From NCBI RefSeq assembly GCF_009914755.1, contig NC_060940.1: 64,000 nt of DNA; one strand, written 5' to 3'. This document shows positions 34,200-50,130 of the stretch, in pieces; the first letter of the stretch is position 1, and every line of letters begins with the position of its first letter. A program made the position numbers and the translations under genes. Under the pieces are notes generated by a model that had not been told where the DNA came from, made no database searches, and was given only the letters and a program-made list of their open reading frames with translations. The DNA is from the human T2T-CHM13v2.0 reference genome, Homo sapiens.

Positions 34200-34594
34200 C
34201 AAGGTTAAATGCAAATACCCTCTGGGGTTGGCTTGGTTCAACTCAGCGAGGAAGCCCAGCCTGCAAAGGTTGTAGCCTAGGCTGTTATTCTTGCTTCATT
34301 CAGCCCAGTGTGTGGTCGAATCTTCTGTCACTCAGGGCCTGAGAGGGCAGGGACTGGAGCTTATCCATTCAGGGGACTAAATTAAAAACTCTCCCACAGC
34401 TGGAGAGGACAGGGTGGCTTCTGGGATTTTAATGGGACTTTTGTGTTTTTCGGCATCCAGAGCTCCAGGTCTCAACTCTATTGCTCTGTGTCCTCTGCTC
34501 CTAGACACCCATCCTCTGTGGTCCTGTGCCTTTCAGGTGTTCAGAGATCCATGGCTAAGGCAGCAGACTCCCTGGAAACCTAGAAATGGTGACA
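34200..34594 (+). pseudogene. ZNF91-family KRAB-ZNF promoter and exon 1 (ATG 34586-34588, then splice donor), orphaned
   Basis: agctccaggtctc...ctctgtgtcctctgctcctaga...ggaaacctagaaATG|gtgaca matches the ZNF91-subfamily first exon; octamer atgcaaat upstream; YY1 aagatggcggc at 34742; no KRAB exon seen downstream. Confidence 0.7.
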
Positions 34595-34841
34595 GTTTGG
34601 GGTCCACCATCCCAAGAGATGGGGAGAGGGCTGATTGGAACTGGCGGGAAGTGACTGTATAGGGACACCGGCCTCCTTGCAGTCAGCTTCAGAGTCTTGA
34701 GGACCCAAGTCCCAGCTCGGCCCACAGCCCCCTTCAACCATAAGATGGCGGCTGGGCCGGCAGCAGGGACCCCATTGTTCTGTCCCTTCCCTGTGCAGTG
34801 ACTTTGTCCTGGCCTGAAGCCCTCTCTGGGCAGCTCTGCAC

Positions 34842-35818
34842 TGTAGGGAGCAGCCCCACAGGGTCGGTGGGATTTCTCCCTGTGTGCAGAGAGGAGAGAT
34901 TGTAGAAATAAAGACACAAGACAAAGAGATAAAAGAAAAGACAGCTAGGCCTGGGGGACCACTACCACGAAGATGCAGAGACCAGTAGTGGCCCCGAATG
35001 CCAGACTGCGCTGATATTTATTGGATACAAGACAAAGGGGCAGGGTAAGGAGTGTGAGCCATCTCCAATGATAGGTAAGGTCACGTGGGTCACGAGTCCA
35101 CTGGACAGGGGGCCCTTCCCTGCCTGGCAGCCGAGGCAGAGAGAGGAGAGAGAGAGACAGCATATGCCATTATTTCTGCATATCAGAGACTTTTAGTACT
35201 TTCACTAATTTGCTAGTGCTATCTAAAAGGCAGAGCCAGGTGTACAGGATGGTATATGAAAGTGGACTAGAAGCATGACCACTGAAGCACAGCATCACAG
35301 GGAGAAGGATAGGCCTCCGGATAACTGCAGGCACAAGAGGTGGAGGAGTAGAGTCTTCTCTAAACTCCCCTGGGGAAAGGGAGACTCCCTTTCCTGGTCT
35401 GCTAAGTAGTGGGTGTTTTTCCTTGACACAGATGCTACCGCTACACCACGTCCGCTTGGCAATGGCATCTTCCCAGACGCTGGCATTACGGCTAGACCAA
35501 GGAGCCCTCTGGTGGCCCTGTCTGGGCATAACAGAAGGCTTGCACTCTTGTCTTCTGGTCAGTGCTCACTATGTCCTCTCAGCTCCTATCTCTCTCTGTA
35601 TGGCCTCGTTTTTCCTAGGTTATGATTGTAGAGTGAGGATTATCATAATATTGGAATAAAGAGTAATTGCTACAAATTAATGATTAATGATATTCATATG
35701 TAATCATATCTATGATCTATATCTAGTATAACTATTCTTATTTTATATATTTTATTATACTGGAACAGCTCCTGCCCTCACTCTCTTGCCTCAGCACCTG
35801 TGTGGCTTGCCGCCCACA
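34842..35818 (-). mobile_element. LTR13 (HERV-K HML4) solo LTR
   Basis: Minus strand tgtgggcggcaagccac...ccctaca; 6-bp TSD ctgcac/ctgcat at 34836-34841 and 35819-35824; minus-strand AATAAA near 35020. Confidence 0.85.
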
Positions 35819-35973
35819 CTGCATTCCCAGCCCCGCATCTCTCCCAGACTGTGCAGGGATGGGAGAGTTATCAGGGGAGAATCCTGACTTAGGGTGCGGG
35901 GTTCATGAGTGAAAAGAGCTGTGGTCCATGGGGTCCTCAGTTCCTCCTTTTCCTATTAGAAATTTATGGGAGT

Positions 35974-36305
<332 letters not shown>

Positions 36306-36710
36306 TTAAAATAATTTGATCAAAGTGCGAGTCAGGAATCATAGAGCACCCAGCTATCGTTTGTGGACTGTGGTTCATGGGAGAGGCTTGAATGAAAATA
36401 TTTTATAAGTTGCATGATGAAGCAAACCAAATTCAATAATGGTTTATGTACAGTTATGTAGTTTCCTCATTTGTAAGATCCGGTTGAAAATCTCTTGGTT
36501 ATGTCAAAAGGTTAATTGGCAGTTCGTGGTTGGTTAAGCCTGAATTTTGTCTTCCCCAGTATGATAATTTACAATAAATGCATTGGAGTTTCTGTTTTTA
36601 AGTGGAAGCCCAGGAAAATAGACCCATCTCAGTCTAATTGCCTGCTATTTAATTATGTTCACACTCCACAGAAAACTGGTTTTCCCCTGCATTTTTAAAA
36701 GTGGCTTGCA

Positions 36711-37137
<427 letters not shown>

Positions 37138-38635
37138 TTAAATACTAAATTTTCCATTTCTTCTGACATTCCCAAATTCCAACTTTCCTCCCTAATGCAT
37201 ATTGTCATGTATTTGTCCTTTATTGTACATTAAGACACAGTATTTAAAAAAATTTTTTTCACAAAGCATTGGATGGCATTTAACAACTGCCATTCAATGC
37301 TTTATGAAAAAAAGTTTTCTGTTTGTAAATATTTTACATAAGATGAAACCAGAGAGAAATCCTCTGACACTGTATTGTAAAATATCTCTGTGCCTCTCCT
37401 TTTTTTTTTTTTTTTTTTTTATCATCTCTAAGCGCAGATGTCCTATCAGAATGTCTTTGGGTTGAGGTTTTTTATGGGGAAACTTCACAGGGTGATGTTT
37501 CTTCAGCCACACTTCAGTTTATTCCTGGTCCTGGTTTTCAGTATTGCCTGAGGATAAACCAAGATACCCACAATGTTGCAGTGTCTAGTGACTATGATTC
37601 CCTGAATTAGTTTCTCTCAAAGGACAACACATTATGTGGAGTGAAGCCTTTCAAGAGAGCAGGTGGATGTCCTGGGGCTGAAAGAAATCTCTTGGTGTAC
37701 TCTACCTCTAAAAAGCAACATTAGAATTGTCTTTACCGAACCCAGCTTCCATTGACATTGCTGGTCAGCCAGTTAGATGCTGGTATGGAGAGAAAAACAC
37801 AGAATTAATTTGTGCCCTCTGGATTCTCTCAGATTTGTGAAGGGAAAAAAGAATTTCTAAAAACAAGAAAAACTTACCTTACTGAGATGGTGCAAGAATC
37901 TGAAAAGTAATTACACCAGGAACACTCACAGGGGCATAGTGCAGTGTCTCCTGGAACGGTGGTTATTCACTCAGGTGAGAAAGATGGGGTGGGAGACTCT
38001 TGCAAGTGATTGGATGGGTTGACTTGACATTTGAGTCAGATATGTCTAGTTTCCAATCAGCACTGCCACTTGCTGGGTTTATCACCTTGAAAAGATTTGT
38101 TTTCTTATTTTAAATTTAGTTTCTTAACTGTAAATTGCATTTTATCAGTAGGGCTCATAAGGGAAAAAAATAGTTACAAAGGGCATAAAAGAGGTGGGTT
38201 TCAGAAAGAAAATTTAGTCATATATTCTATTTGTTAAAAGTACTCATTTATCATTTTCTTCCTCAGAATGAATGTAGGAATTTTCTCAGATGTGTTCCTT
38301 TTTGGCTGGGGATTTCAAACAGTATTCCAAGGCTTAGCTTTGGGAATACTATCAAGGATAACAATCTGGAAAATGTATTTTTCATTATGACTGTAGGAAG
38401 TGAATACTTTTGCATAAAGTAGTACATAATTGGTGAATTACATAGATTCATCAAGACATGAGTTTCTCTTTCTGCAGGGTTAATTTGAGACAGTGAACAC
38501 CTCTGTTCTTTATTCTGTTATCTTGATTTCTGAATTTAATGCTACATTTTCTGAGATGGCACTTGGCACCTCCTGGAAGTGTTCCCATATGACTAATTGT
38601 TTACTGAATAATTTGTTATGGAAATAAGTGAATTA

Positions 38636-39030
<395 letters not shown>

Positions 39031-39451
39031 ATCTTTCCTTATATAAACACTGCATTTGAGTAATTTTGCTGGATGTTTCAAAAACTAAATGAATAAAACT
39101 GACTTGGAAATAAAGGCCTGAGCCCTGTGACTCCAAGCTAAGGCCAATACTGAACCTGCAAAAAGAGGTTATTGAAGAACCAGTTAGTTCCTTTTGGGGA
39201 TTCCTTGTTGCAAATGTCCCAGCCTGCTTACTTCAGTCATAGAAGAAACTTTTATACTGAGAGAAGCTATAGAACCTTGGAAAGCTGGGGATGAATAGCA
39301 GATGCAATTAAGGTTAGGATGGATGGGGATTGGTGGGATATTAGTGAAAATAGAGCTGCTTTTGTTCTGGAGCAATTTCTAGGCTTTGTAAAATAAAAGA
39401 AAGCCAGATTAAAGTAAGAAGTTTTGAGGGAATTCCCAAAACAGGAGAAGT

Positions 39452-39757
39452 TGCCAAGTGTGGTGGCTCATGCCTGTAATCCCAGCACTTTGGGAGGCCG
39501 AGGTGAGTGGATCATGAGGTCAGGAATTCAAGACCAGCCTTTCCAATATGGTGAAACCCCATATCTACTAAAAAATAGAAAAAATTAGCCAGGCGTGGTG
39601 GTGTGTGCCTGTAGTCCCAGCTACTCAGGAGGCTGAGGCAGGAGAATCACTTGAACCCAGGAGGCAGAGGTGGCAGTGAGCCAACATCACACCACTGCAC
39701 TCCAGCCTGGGTGACAGAGTGAGATTCAGTCTCAAAAAAGAATACAATAAAAATAAC
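39452..39757 (+). mobile_element. AluSg/Sc-like
   Basis: ggatcatgaggtcagg shows the 2-bp deletion diagnostic. Confidence 0.85.
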
Positions 39758-40319
39758 AGGAGAAAGTACCAAGTATAAGATATTTACAAATCTCTAAGTT
39801 TAGGCAGACAAAAACTTTCATTCGTAGGGAATAGCAAACACGATTAGAAAGAAGGTGGGAAAAGAATGGTAAAATAGAGGGGGGCAAAATTAGATTCTAG
39901 ACCAGAGAATGTTTTACCCTGAAGTCAGCATGTTCTTAGGAAAGACAGAAAATGGGATTGTATGTTGGCTTAGACTGAGGGTACCTCGAAGTTCAGGAGC
40001 CCTGGGGAAGGAGAGAAAATTAAGAAAAGTTTGGTTAAGAAGTATTTGGTTTTGACCATTGAAGATGAATTATTCATTCAGCTGATGTTTTATGAGAAAG
40101 AGATGGAAATTTACAGAGTCAATGTCTGGCTATGTGATAAGTAAGAAAATAGAGCACCATCTAAGTCATAATGGGAAGAGTGTTTCTTTCCATTAAGCTG
40201 TTCCTGGAGAACACAAAGGATGGAGAATCTTATTAATGACAGCTGTTTACCAGGATTATCTATGTGCCCTATCTTTTTCCCCCTTTTTCCTTTGTCCTAT
40301 ACATCTATTGCATTTGACT

Positions 40320-40640
40320 GTTTCTGGGTTGTATGTTTCATAATAAACCGGTAAACATAAGTGCAGTGTTTTGCTCAGATCTGTGAGTAGCTCTATCAAA
40401 TTACTGAACTTGAGGGAGATTATTGGAGTCCCTGATTTATAGACAGTAGCTCAGAAGCATAGATGAACCTTTGGGGTTTGGGACAGGCATCTGCAGTTAA
40501 GTGCAATGTTGTGAGACTGAGCCCTGAGTCACAGTATGTGCTGACTTTGGTTGGTATGAGAATTGATATGTTAGACAATGAGTTGGTGTTGGAGAATTGC
40601 TTGTTGTTCAGCAAACTCTACAGATTTGGTGTCAGATAAA
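40320..40640 (+). mobile_element. MER21-like LTR fragment
   Basis: taataaaccggtaaacataagt...ctgtgagtagctctatcaaatt...ttggtgtcaga. Confidence 0.45.
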
Positions 40641-41204
40641 AAATATCATAGAGACATGGCCTGGAGGGGTCTCTGGGTGTCTGGTAAAGAGAGGCTCTCA
40701 TCTTCTGCACACAGGCTCTCATACTGCACATTGTCCTGTGATTTCAGGTCTCTTCTCAGGGTGAGAGAAAATTGAAAACTTAGCAAACACAAATTGTGAT
40801 AACAGACTCTCTTCTTTCACAGCTGCCACTACGTGATTCTCATGCATTCACAAACATACCCACTACATATTGATGTGTCCTTATCCCTCCCAGGACTAGG
40901 CACCACTTTCAAGAATTTTACCACAGCACTTTTGCTTTTAGTGTTTCTTGCCAAGAACCACCAAAGTGCCTACAAGTCTCCTGGCATATCTCCAACCCCA
41001 GACACCAAATCAGCAGCAGCAACCTGTTCCTTTCACTACCATAAAGTTCTGTGCTGCTTGTTCATAATCTAATTTGCCTGCATGCATTTAGGAATAAATC
41101 AGAGTACAGCCCTACATAGGCCACTATATGTAGCACAAACCAGTCCTACCACCAACCTTATACTCTCCCCCACACAAAGATTTTTGTTTCTTTTATTTTT
41201 TTAA

Positions 41205-41520
<316 letters not shown>

Positions 41521-41529
41521 GATTTTTGT

Positions 41530-42278
41530 TTCTTTTAAATTTATTTTAGGTTCCAGAGTACATGTGCATGTTTGTTATATAGGTAAAATCATATCATGGA
41601 GGTTTGGTGTACAGATTATTTTATTACCTACGTACTAAGCATAGTACCCAAGGAAGTTTTTTACACTCTTTTTCATTTTCCCACTCACCACCCTCAACTA
41701 GGCCTCAGTGACTGTTGTTCCCTTATTTGTGTTCATGTTTTCTCATTATTTGGCTCTCATTTATTAGTTTTCTGCATTAGCTTTTTTTTAAAAAAAATAG
41801 TCTCCAGCTCCATCAATGCTGCTGCAAAAAAAATTATGCTGTTCTTTTTAATGGATGCATACTATTCCATGATGTAAGTGTACCATATTTTCATTATTCA
41901 ATCTACCATTGAAGGCATTTAGGTTGATTCCTTGTCTTTGCTATTTTAAATAGTGCTGTCACAAACATATGAGTGCATGTGTCTTTATGGTAAAATAGCA
42001 TATTTCTTTGATATATATGAATCCCACACAATTGTGGGATTGCTTGGTATAATGGTAATTCTGTTTTTAGGTCTTAGAAAAACTGTCACACTGTTTTAAA
42101 CAATGGTTGAAAAGATTTACACTTTCTTCAGCAGTGTATAAGCATTTCATTTCTCCACAACCTCACAAGCATCTGTTATATTTTGACTTTTTAATAGTAG
42201 CCATTCTGACTTGAGTGAGATGGAATCTCATTGTGGTTTTTATTTGCATTTCTCTAATAATTAGTGATGTTTAGCTTT
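41530..42278 (-). mobile_element. Old L1 (L1PA15/16-like) 3' end fragment
   Basis: gtacatgtgcatgtttgttatataggtaaa 3'UTR followed by ORF2 C-terminal sequence (tagccattctgac...tgcatttctctaat). Confidence 0.75.
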
Positions 42279-42289
42279 TTAAAAAATAA

Positions 42290-42995
<706 letters not shown>

Positions 42996-45900
42996 ACAAT
43001 TTTTTAAATACTACATACATCATGACTAGCATGTGTATATATATTAGTATATACTAGTATACATATATCATGGCTAGTATGCTCAAGGAGTAGGAAGTCA
43101 TTGCTTTGAAATGTAAATAGTCAAACAGATAACACCTTATTCAACAGTTTTCATAAGAGAGTGAGACCCTACCTTGAGCAGGCACCTGGCTTCAAGTTGC
43201 AAAACTACCTACTTTCATAAAAATGTAGGAAGCTTATCCTTTCATTTATTATAACTAATTAGCTTACACAGATGGCCTCCTGAATTTCCAGGGGAATGCA
43301 GGATGAACTATGCGTAACAGGTGCTGTAAAGTCTTCTACTTGTGGGCTAATTATGGTGACCATCTTTCTATCTTTGCAATCTCTTAAGCAGGTTGCCCAT
43401 GATGCATGTCACATTCTGGTTTGATTTTGTAATAAAACAGTTTTTTCCTGTTCTATCATTGTGGAGTATTGTCTGGGGCTAAAAACCATTTGCTTTTAGT
43501 TATATTTTTCAAACGCTGTCCACGATTATCAGACATGATATAAACATATAAGTTTCCCAACAAGCTTTATTCTAGAGGGTCCTTTTTCTTTCAGGCTTCC
43601 AGTTAGCTCACAGTTGTGCTGCAAAGTACGTGTTGTCCCCAAAATGTGCAGGCAGAATTGCGTCTCTGCCTATTTCTGATCTATGATGCTCTATAATCAC
43701 TTCTAGAGAGGTTAGACAAAATTTCTACAAACTTTATGGGGCAGCAATCAACCATTCCCTCTCTTTTAATAATGAGTCTATCTTCAAACCTGAAACTGAT
43801 TAAGAGAACATGAGGCCTGGAAACCCAGAGTAACTTGTCTCTTGTATAGAATACAGACAGAAGAATCTCAACTTTCTCTCTCTCTTTTTTTTTTTTTTTT
43901 TTGCCAAAATGCCCACAAATGTGCAGATAACCCCTGCTGCTACTCCATCCATTCAGAACCTAAATCTGCAGCTCTAATTTCTAAATATTTGTCTTGATAT
44001 TTGGTATAAAAGAAAAGCTTTTATCTAAAGAATGCAAGTTCCCTTAGTTATCAAGCCCAGAGAGACATTAAAATGAGACCACAATTACGTCCTCCTCCCA
44101 CATTTGAGCTATGTATTTATCTTTTGAAACTTCTTGGTATTGCCACAGTAGCTATAAAGTAACCTAATAATGCTGTACTAGACACTAGCCAATACCCTGC
44201 AGCTTAACAATGTATAGCTCACCAGTAATCAATATTATTTCTGTAAATAAATAAGATATCCTGACAAAAAGCTTTGTATTAGTCCACTAACTGTCCCTCT
44301 TTTTTTTTTTACTTTATGAATCCATTTGTAACTGCTGCTAATTAAAGTGTATATTCTATTCCTCTTGAATTAATGCTTTCAAGTTAGAATCTTCAAGCTT
44401 GACCCAAATTAATTGTCTACTCATAATAACGTTGCCTCAGCTTTTTAATTTTAAGTACAGATATCATTTAGAATGTGCTAGAGCAGCTTCTGTAAGGGAA
44501 TCTCTTATTTCACTTTGCTTGCTGTAATAAGCAAGAATGCAGAGCCAAGTTGATGTCATCTGAAATCTATATATTAGAGCTGACCTCTGCCTGGAATTCA
44601 CAAGACAAGACCAGACATTAAATAGAGAATGTACAGATAACCCACAGGAATCATTTTCTGCCTTTTGAGATGTCAACATAGGCATCTTAAAGTCCCCCTT
44701 CAACAGTGTGGCTCTTCGCCCTTTTCAGATCATGTTTAGTGACTTGCCACCTTTATAGGAGGGGCTCCAGGTATAAATGGAATCTGATGGCAGAATCTGT
44801 AAGTGTAAACAAACATCTTAGGAATGAGAGATCAAGGCCACAAAAAAATACAGAGCCGTGACTGACCACAACTCTACCTATCTCTAAGATGTGATACTGG
44901 AGTGTTCTTGTCTTCCCTCAAAAGCTAGCTAATCAGGACAGGTAATATCACATCTGGATCCAGGTTCTGGAGCTTCACCATGACAGTTTCATTTTCTATT
45001 TAGAATCTGCCTAAGTGTCTCTTGCCTGGATTATCTTTGGGCCATCAGCTCAGAGTCACTGGGAACACTGTGACATTCACCTAGAAGTCTGAGATATGTG
45101 AGGATGTCCAGGGCAAAATTGTATCAGGTGGACAAGAGTGGTTATTTCTGCTTCTATCTCAGTGTAAGAAAAATGAGTCATCCTGTGTTTGTTTCTCCCC
45201 TCAGAGAAGAGCTATACTTGGTTGGTACACAGATGAGAGTTGCTCCAGTTTCCTGCTATTTTTCATGAAAAACAAGGAGAATGTCTGGAAACTCAAACAG
45301 ATAAACTAATTGTTTCCATTATATGTGGCCATTAGAAAAGTAGATGAAACAGTCATGGTTTTTACCATCCAGGAACTTTCAGTCTGGAGCAACTGAATTA
45401 AAAAAAAAAAAAAAAAGGAACAGATGGGTGGAGGGTTTAGGGAGGGCCAGTGGCCCAGCAAACCTGAATGATTTATAAGTGAGTAAGCTGGGAGTCCAGC
45501 TGCCTCTGGCTGAGGGTTGGGGTGGTGTTTGCCTAGACCTCAGAGCCTCCAGGCTGCCAGCTGCCTGTCCAGGCTCTTGGTGTCCTCCTCCAGGCCTCAG
45601 TTTCCTCACCTGTCTGAGAGGACTTATATGGCATGATATGGCAGCTTCTCTCTTGATCCCACTCCACTCCCTGCCAATCATACATAAAGTGTTTTGGGAG
45701 GGGGGCCTAGAGGAGCTCTGGATCTTTAGGGCAGGTCTAATCCCGGCCTGAGTTTGAAGTCAAGGTAGAATTGTCCTCCTTCACTCCACTAGGTATTGTT
45801 GTCTGGCCTGCTGAGAACCTAAGTTCTCCAGGAAGCCTGGAAGTCCTTCTTGCAGAGAGGAATTCTCTGGTCCTCCTTTTCTCTCCTCATCGTTCCTTCC

Positions 45901-48900
45901 TCTGCTTTCATAATGATGCCATATGCTTCAATGACACCTACTCCATTGTATGTCAGTGGATGAACACACAGGCATGCCTTGGCCCCATAGGTCAGGCAGC
46001 TGGACCAATATCAGGCTGCTCATCAGCAACCACCCCAGAACCAGGCCAGGTCTTTGGACTCCTTGTCTGAAGTTCATTCCAGAATCTCTCACTGCAGCAG
46101 TGACATGGAAGGCCTGAGAATGCTTTTTCCTCTCACGGCTTAGAATGGGCCTGGGAGACAGCCTCCAAGGAGCTGTAGCTGTCTAGCTGTGACTCCTCAC
46201 CCAAAGAGGACTTTTAGCTTCTCATATCTCTCCCCACAGTGGTGCAAAAGAACTGGGTAGGAAGAAGGAAATCTAGGCCTTACTCCCTCCTGGGAATTTT
46301 GGTTTCATAGAACATCCTTGCTGGCCCTTGCCTTGATGAGGAATGAGGAGAGAGAGGCAGAAAAGTGGGTCAAAAGAGCACCAGCACTTGGGCTTAGAGC
46401 CTACTGTCACTTATGGGGGCTGTTAGTGTAATCATAAGATATTGTGTGGTGGTGCATGAATGATCTCCAGACCTTCCTCTAACAGCTGAGGAAACACAAG
46501 GCCTGAGCTCGAGGATCCTGGGCCTCTCCAGGATATTCTGTGTAGAGAATGGGAAGAGAACAGCCATCTCTAGGATGGTGCCTGTGGTGTGGGGTGGTTG
46601 CACGGAGTGGGATTCTCACGGCCGGGTTTCTCCATGATTTCTCTCTATTTTGCTCCTTCCCTGAAGGCAGCTCCATCCCCAACCCCAGGGCTGAAGTCTG
46701 GGTAGAACCAAGCCAAATTAGAGGAGAAGCCCATCCACTCTCCCGGGCTGGAGCCAAAACTGCAGGTCAACCGTATCAAAGCTGCTCATTAGCCATAATC
46801 CATCAATGAAGAGGGTCCAACATATATGCATGCGGTTCTCCATTTAAAACTCAATTCTCCAGGCTCTGCTATCCCCTCAACCTCTTCTTCACCAATCTGG
46901 GAAGGTACTGTTTGGGTGCTTAGCTGAGAAGACTTGTCTAGCTAAAGATAAGGGAATAAAATTCAGGTCGGGAGGAGATGCCATCTGTCAAGGAGCTATG
47001 ATTCTCTGTCCCAAAAAATGGATGAGAAGATTTTGCCTTACCACTGTCACCTTTGTAAAAGACTTTTGATGGTAAAGAAAAAAAATAGATCTTGATGGGA
47101 CTTTGAGCTGTTAGGGAAGAGCTGGAAGCAAGCGGCCAGCTTCTGTATTGTTCCCTGGGGCCCAATCCTGGTAGTATTTATTAATACACATGCATTTCAT
47201 TATCTTTGCTAATAAATTGCTACTAATAACAATTATTTCTATTACACTGATTAATTTAGCCTCAACTCTTTAAAAGAGTGTGTTCCTTCATAGCCAAATT
47301 TTATTAGAACGCAGTCATCTGTCATTAGGAATCTCCTGGCAGTGTGACTCCATCAGAAGTGTTATGCTTATGTTTGTTAATTATTCATCACCATGATTGT
47401 TGTAATTATCCTAATTATCCATGGAGGCAGGAGAATGTATGCCATTTCATTCTTAGATGGTGGGAATCCAGGAATGGAACCCAAGAGTCCCAATTCTCCA
47501 CCCAACTGGAAACAGTTGAGGCATCTAGCTCCTTCTGGAATCCAAGGGGACGTTTGGGGAACTGAGGTTGCCAAGGAAGCAGGAAAGCAGGTATGAGCCT
47601 TATCATGAGAGGTCACTATAGAATTACCTCCTCAAGTGCTGCCAGGAGGGAAAACTGAGGCAGTTGTCTGATCAGGGGACTGTGTAAACGAGTAGCCAGG
47701 AAACATGTCCTAGGGTATCCAGTGTATACGTGTGGCTCCTACAGGGAGCCAGCCTGGCCCATCAGGGACACTTGTGTTTTCACATATTTTATTGGGTCCC
47801 TACTGTGCCAGGCACAGTGCTCCATGATCTGAAATGTATTAGGGGCCAGAGAAGATAGCTGGGGGAGTGGGTGATCTCCAACCACCAAGGGAGAGGCTGA
47901 TCTCTAGTTAGGTCTTTATACCACTGCCCTCAATCTACATATGCCCGCACCTCTCACCTCTGTCAGACTCTTGTCTGAGCCATTGCCCATTGGGATACTC
48001 CCCTCCCTACAGCCTCCTACCCCAGACACACAGCACCCAAACCATAGGCCCTGGCATCCTCACACAGCCCCCTGCCTAGCTGATCAATTCTGTGTCCTCT
48101 CTGACTCAACTGAACTGTAGATCCTGGAGGCAGCTGCAGGCACCCAGGGCACCACTGCCAATCTAGAGCTCTTTCCTCAGGCTCCTCATATCCTAATTAC
48201 CAGGGCTTGGTGCCACAAGTTTGATCAGTGTTGGCTCAAGGATGCTCCTAAGGACGGGGCCAGTGGGCCTCAGACAAGAACAGAGGGGGCCTCAGCACCA
48301 AGCATGACAATGAATGACCCTACACCCCCATCTTGCCTTGGAAAGACACAGAGCCCAGATTCAGCTCTGCCTTCTTCCACTAAATTCTGGAAGTCTCTGT
48401 AGGCAGAAAGCCAGGAAGAAATAGTGCAGTGTCAAGGGCAGTCCCTGGTTCTAAGATGTGGGAAGTGTAAGCTTCTTACTTCTTTCTAATCCATTGACCA
48501 GTCCTGTCATTTTTTTCCCTGCTTATTTGAATGTCCTTGTTCACCTCTGAGCCAGTTTTTCCCTACACTTGACCTTTTTATTTTCTCCATAGCAGCATCT
48601 CCTCACTTTAGAGACCAAGATCACCACCTTCTCCCCACCATCTGGTTGGTTTAAGCAAGGATAGGCCCCGATGAATCACTCCCTTCCAGACAACGTATTT
48701 GGGGACAGAAGTCACTAATTGGCTTCCCAGCCCAGCTTTAACACAAGACTCCTTGGGGTGTGTGATTATACATTACAACTGCTCCTCCAGTATATGGCAT
48801 GAAGTCCTAGAGGCCAAAGTGGCCTGAACTCCTTTCACCAAGCCCCAAACCTGGCTCCTAGTGGGGGCTCAAAACTAACAATGGGAATGACCAACGATGT

Positions 48901-50032
48901 CAAATGAGTCTTGGGCAATTTGGAAGGAGAAGTCATAAAGGACATGGGGTAGGGGCTATAGGCCTATTTCCCCTGGCTTTTTTGTGGGGGTTAGGGACTG
49001 GTTTGAAGAACTGTTAAAGTGCTGGGCCTTTGAAATCCCAAGTTAAAGCAACCTCCTTTCTTTTCTACTAGCCTGTGGTCCCATCTCCAGTGAATACCCT
49101 TCCCCTGGTGAAGAAAAGAGAAGGGGCTTTTGACATGGTTTCACCTCCCAGTGTCAAGCAAGTTCCCCCACCCTAAGCACACACCATCACTGGGGCCTCC
49201 TCTTCTCTGGAGGTCACCTCTGGGGCTTCTCCTCATCTCTGCAGCTCTGCTGGGACCTCCTGAGGTGGAGCAGGGTCTAGAGTCAACCAGTGGCATGGTG
49301 ACTGCCTCCCTATTCAGGCAAGCCCCCAATCCCCTGAAACCTCAGCTTTGTGCCAGCCCAAAATTCTTTGGGAAAGGAAGAAATTCCATTGATGAGGGTG
49401 ACATTGCTGCATCCCTTATTGGTGATTAATAAGGGAAATCTTGGGGCTGTCTGTGGAATGAGCCCTTACTGGGTACCGGGGTCTCCAATTTGGCCAGCAA
49501 CCAAGAAAGAGGAGGGGCACTGGGAAGCCTGAAAGACACAAATGAGAGAGACACACACAAGGAACAGGAAAGAGGGGTTTAGACTCCGGGTGGGGGAAGA
49601 GGCCAGAAACCCAGAAAGAGAGAGGCAGAAAAGTCAGACATATGAGAGAGAAGGACAAGAAATAGCAATAGAAAGGAGGCAGGGGAGGGGCAGAAATCAG
49701 AGGGTAGGAGCAGCCAGGCAGGGGAAAGAGAAGAGGGCCCTGACTTACAAGTACCTGAGAGGCTTTCTGCTGACCTCCCCTGCCTGCCCCCGAGCCTTGA
49801 AAACCTGAAGGCCAGCAGAGCCTCAGGATAGTGCTGCCCTGGGAAAGGCTACCACAAGGCCTTGGGGCTCAATCTCAGGAGATTCTTCCATGACTCCCAC
49901 CAGCCCTGCTTTAGTTCTGACCAGGGTCCCCTTCTCCCAAGAGATTGCTCAACCTCACCATGCCCCGAGGGCCCCAGGCAACCCTGAGCTGGGAGCACTG
50001 GAAAGAGAGGTGGTATCAAGAGAGGTGGGTAA

Positions 50033-50130
50033 CAGGAGGTGGAGCTTGCAGTGAGCCGAGATCGCGCCACTGCACTCCAGCCTGGGCGACAGAGTGAGAC
50101 TCCATCTCAAAAAAAAAAAAAAAAAAAAAA
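50033..50130 (+). mobile_element. 5'-truncated AluY-like element with TSD
   Basis: ggagcttgcagtgagccgagatcgcgcc...poly(A); TSD agaggtgggta at 50021-50031 and 50130-50140. Confidence 0.85.

Noticed and set aside
47393-47596. ORF containing LDGG as C1QL1 exon 2
   Set aside because: Wrong strand and lacks the VRASAIAQD and YSTFSGF motifs
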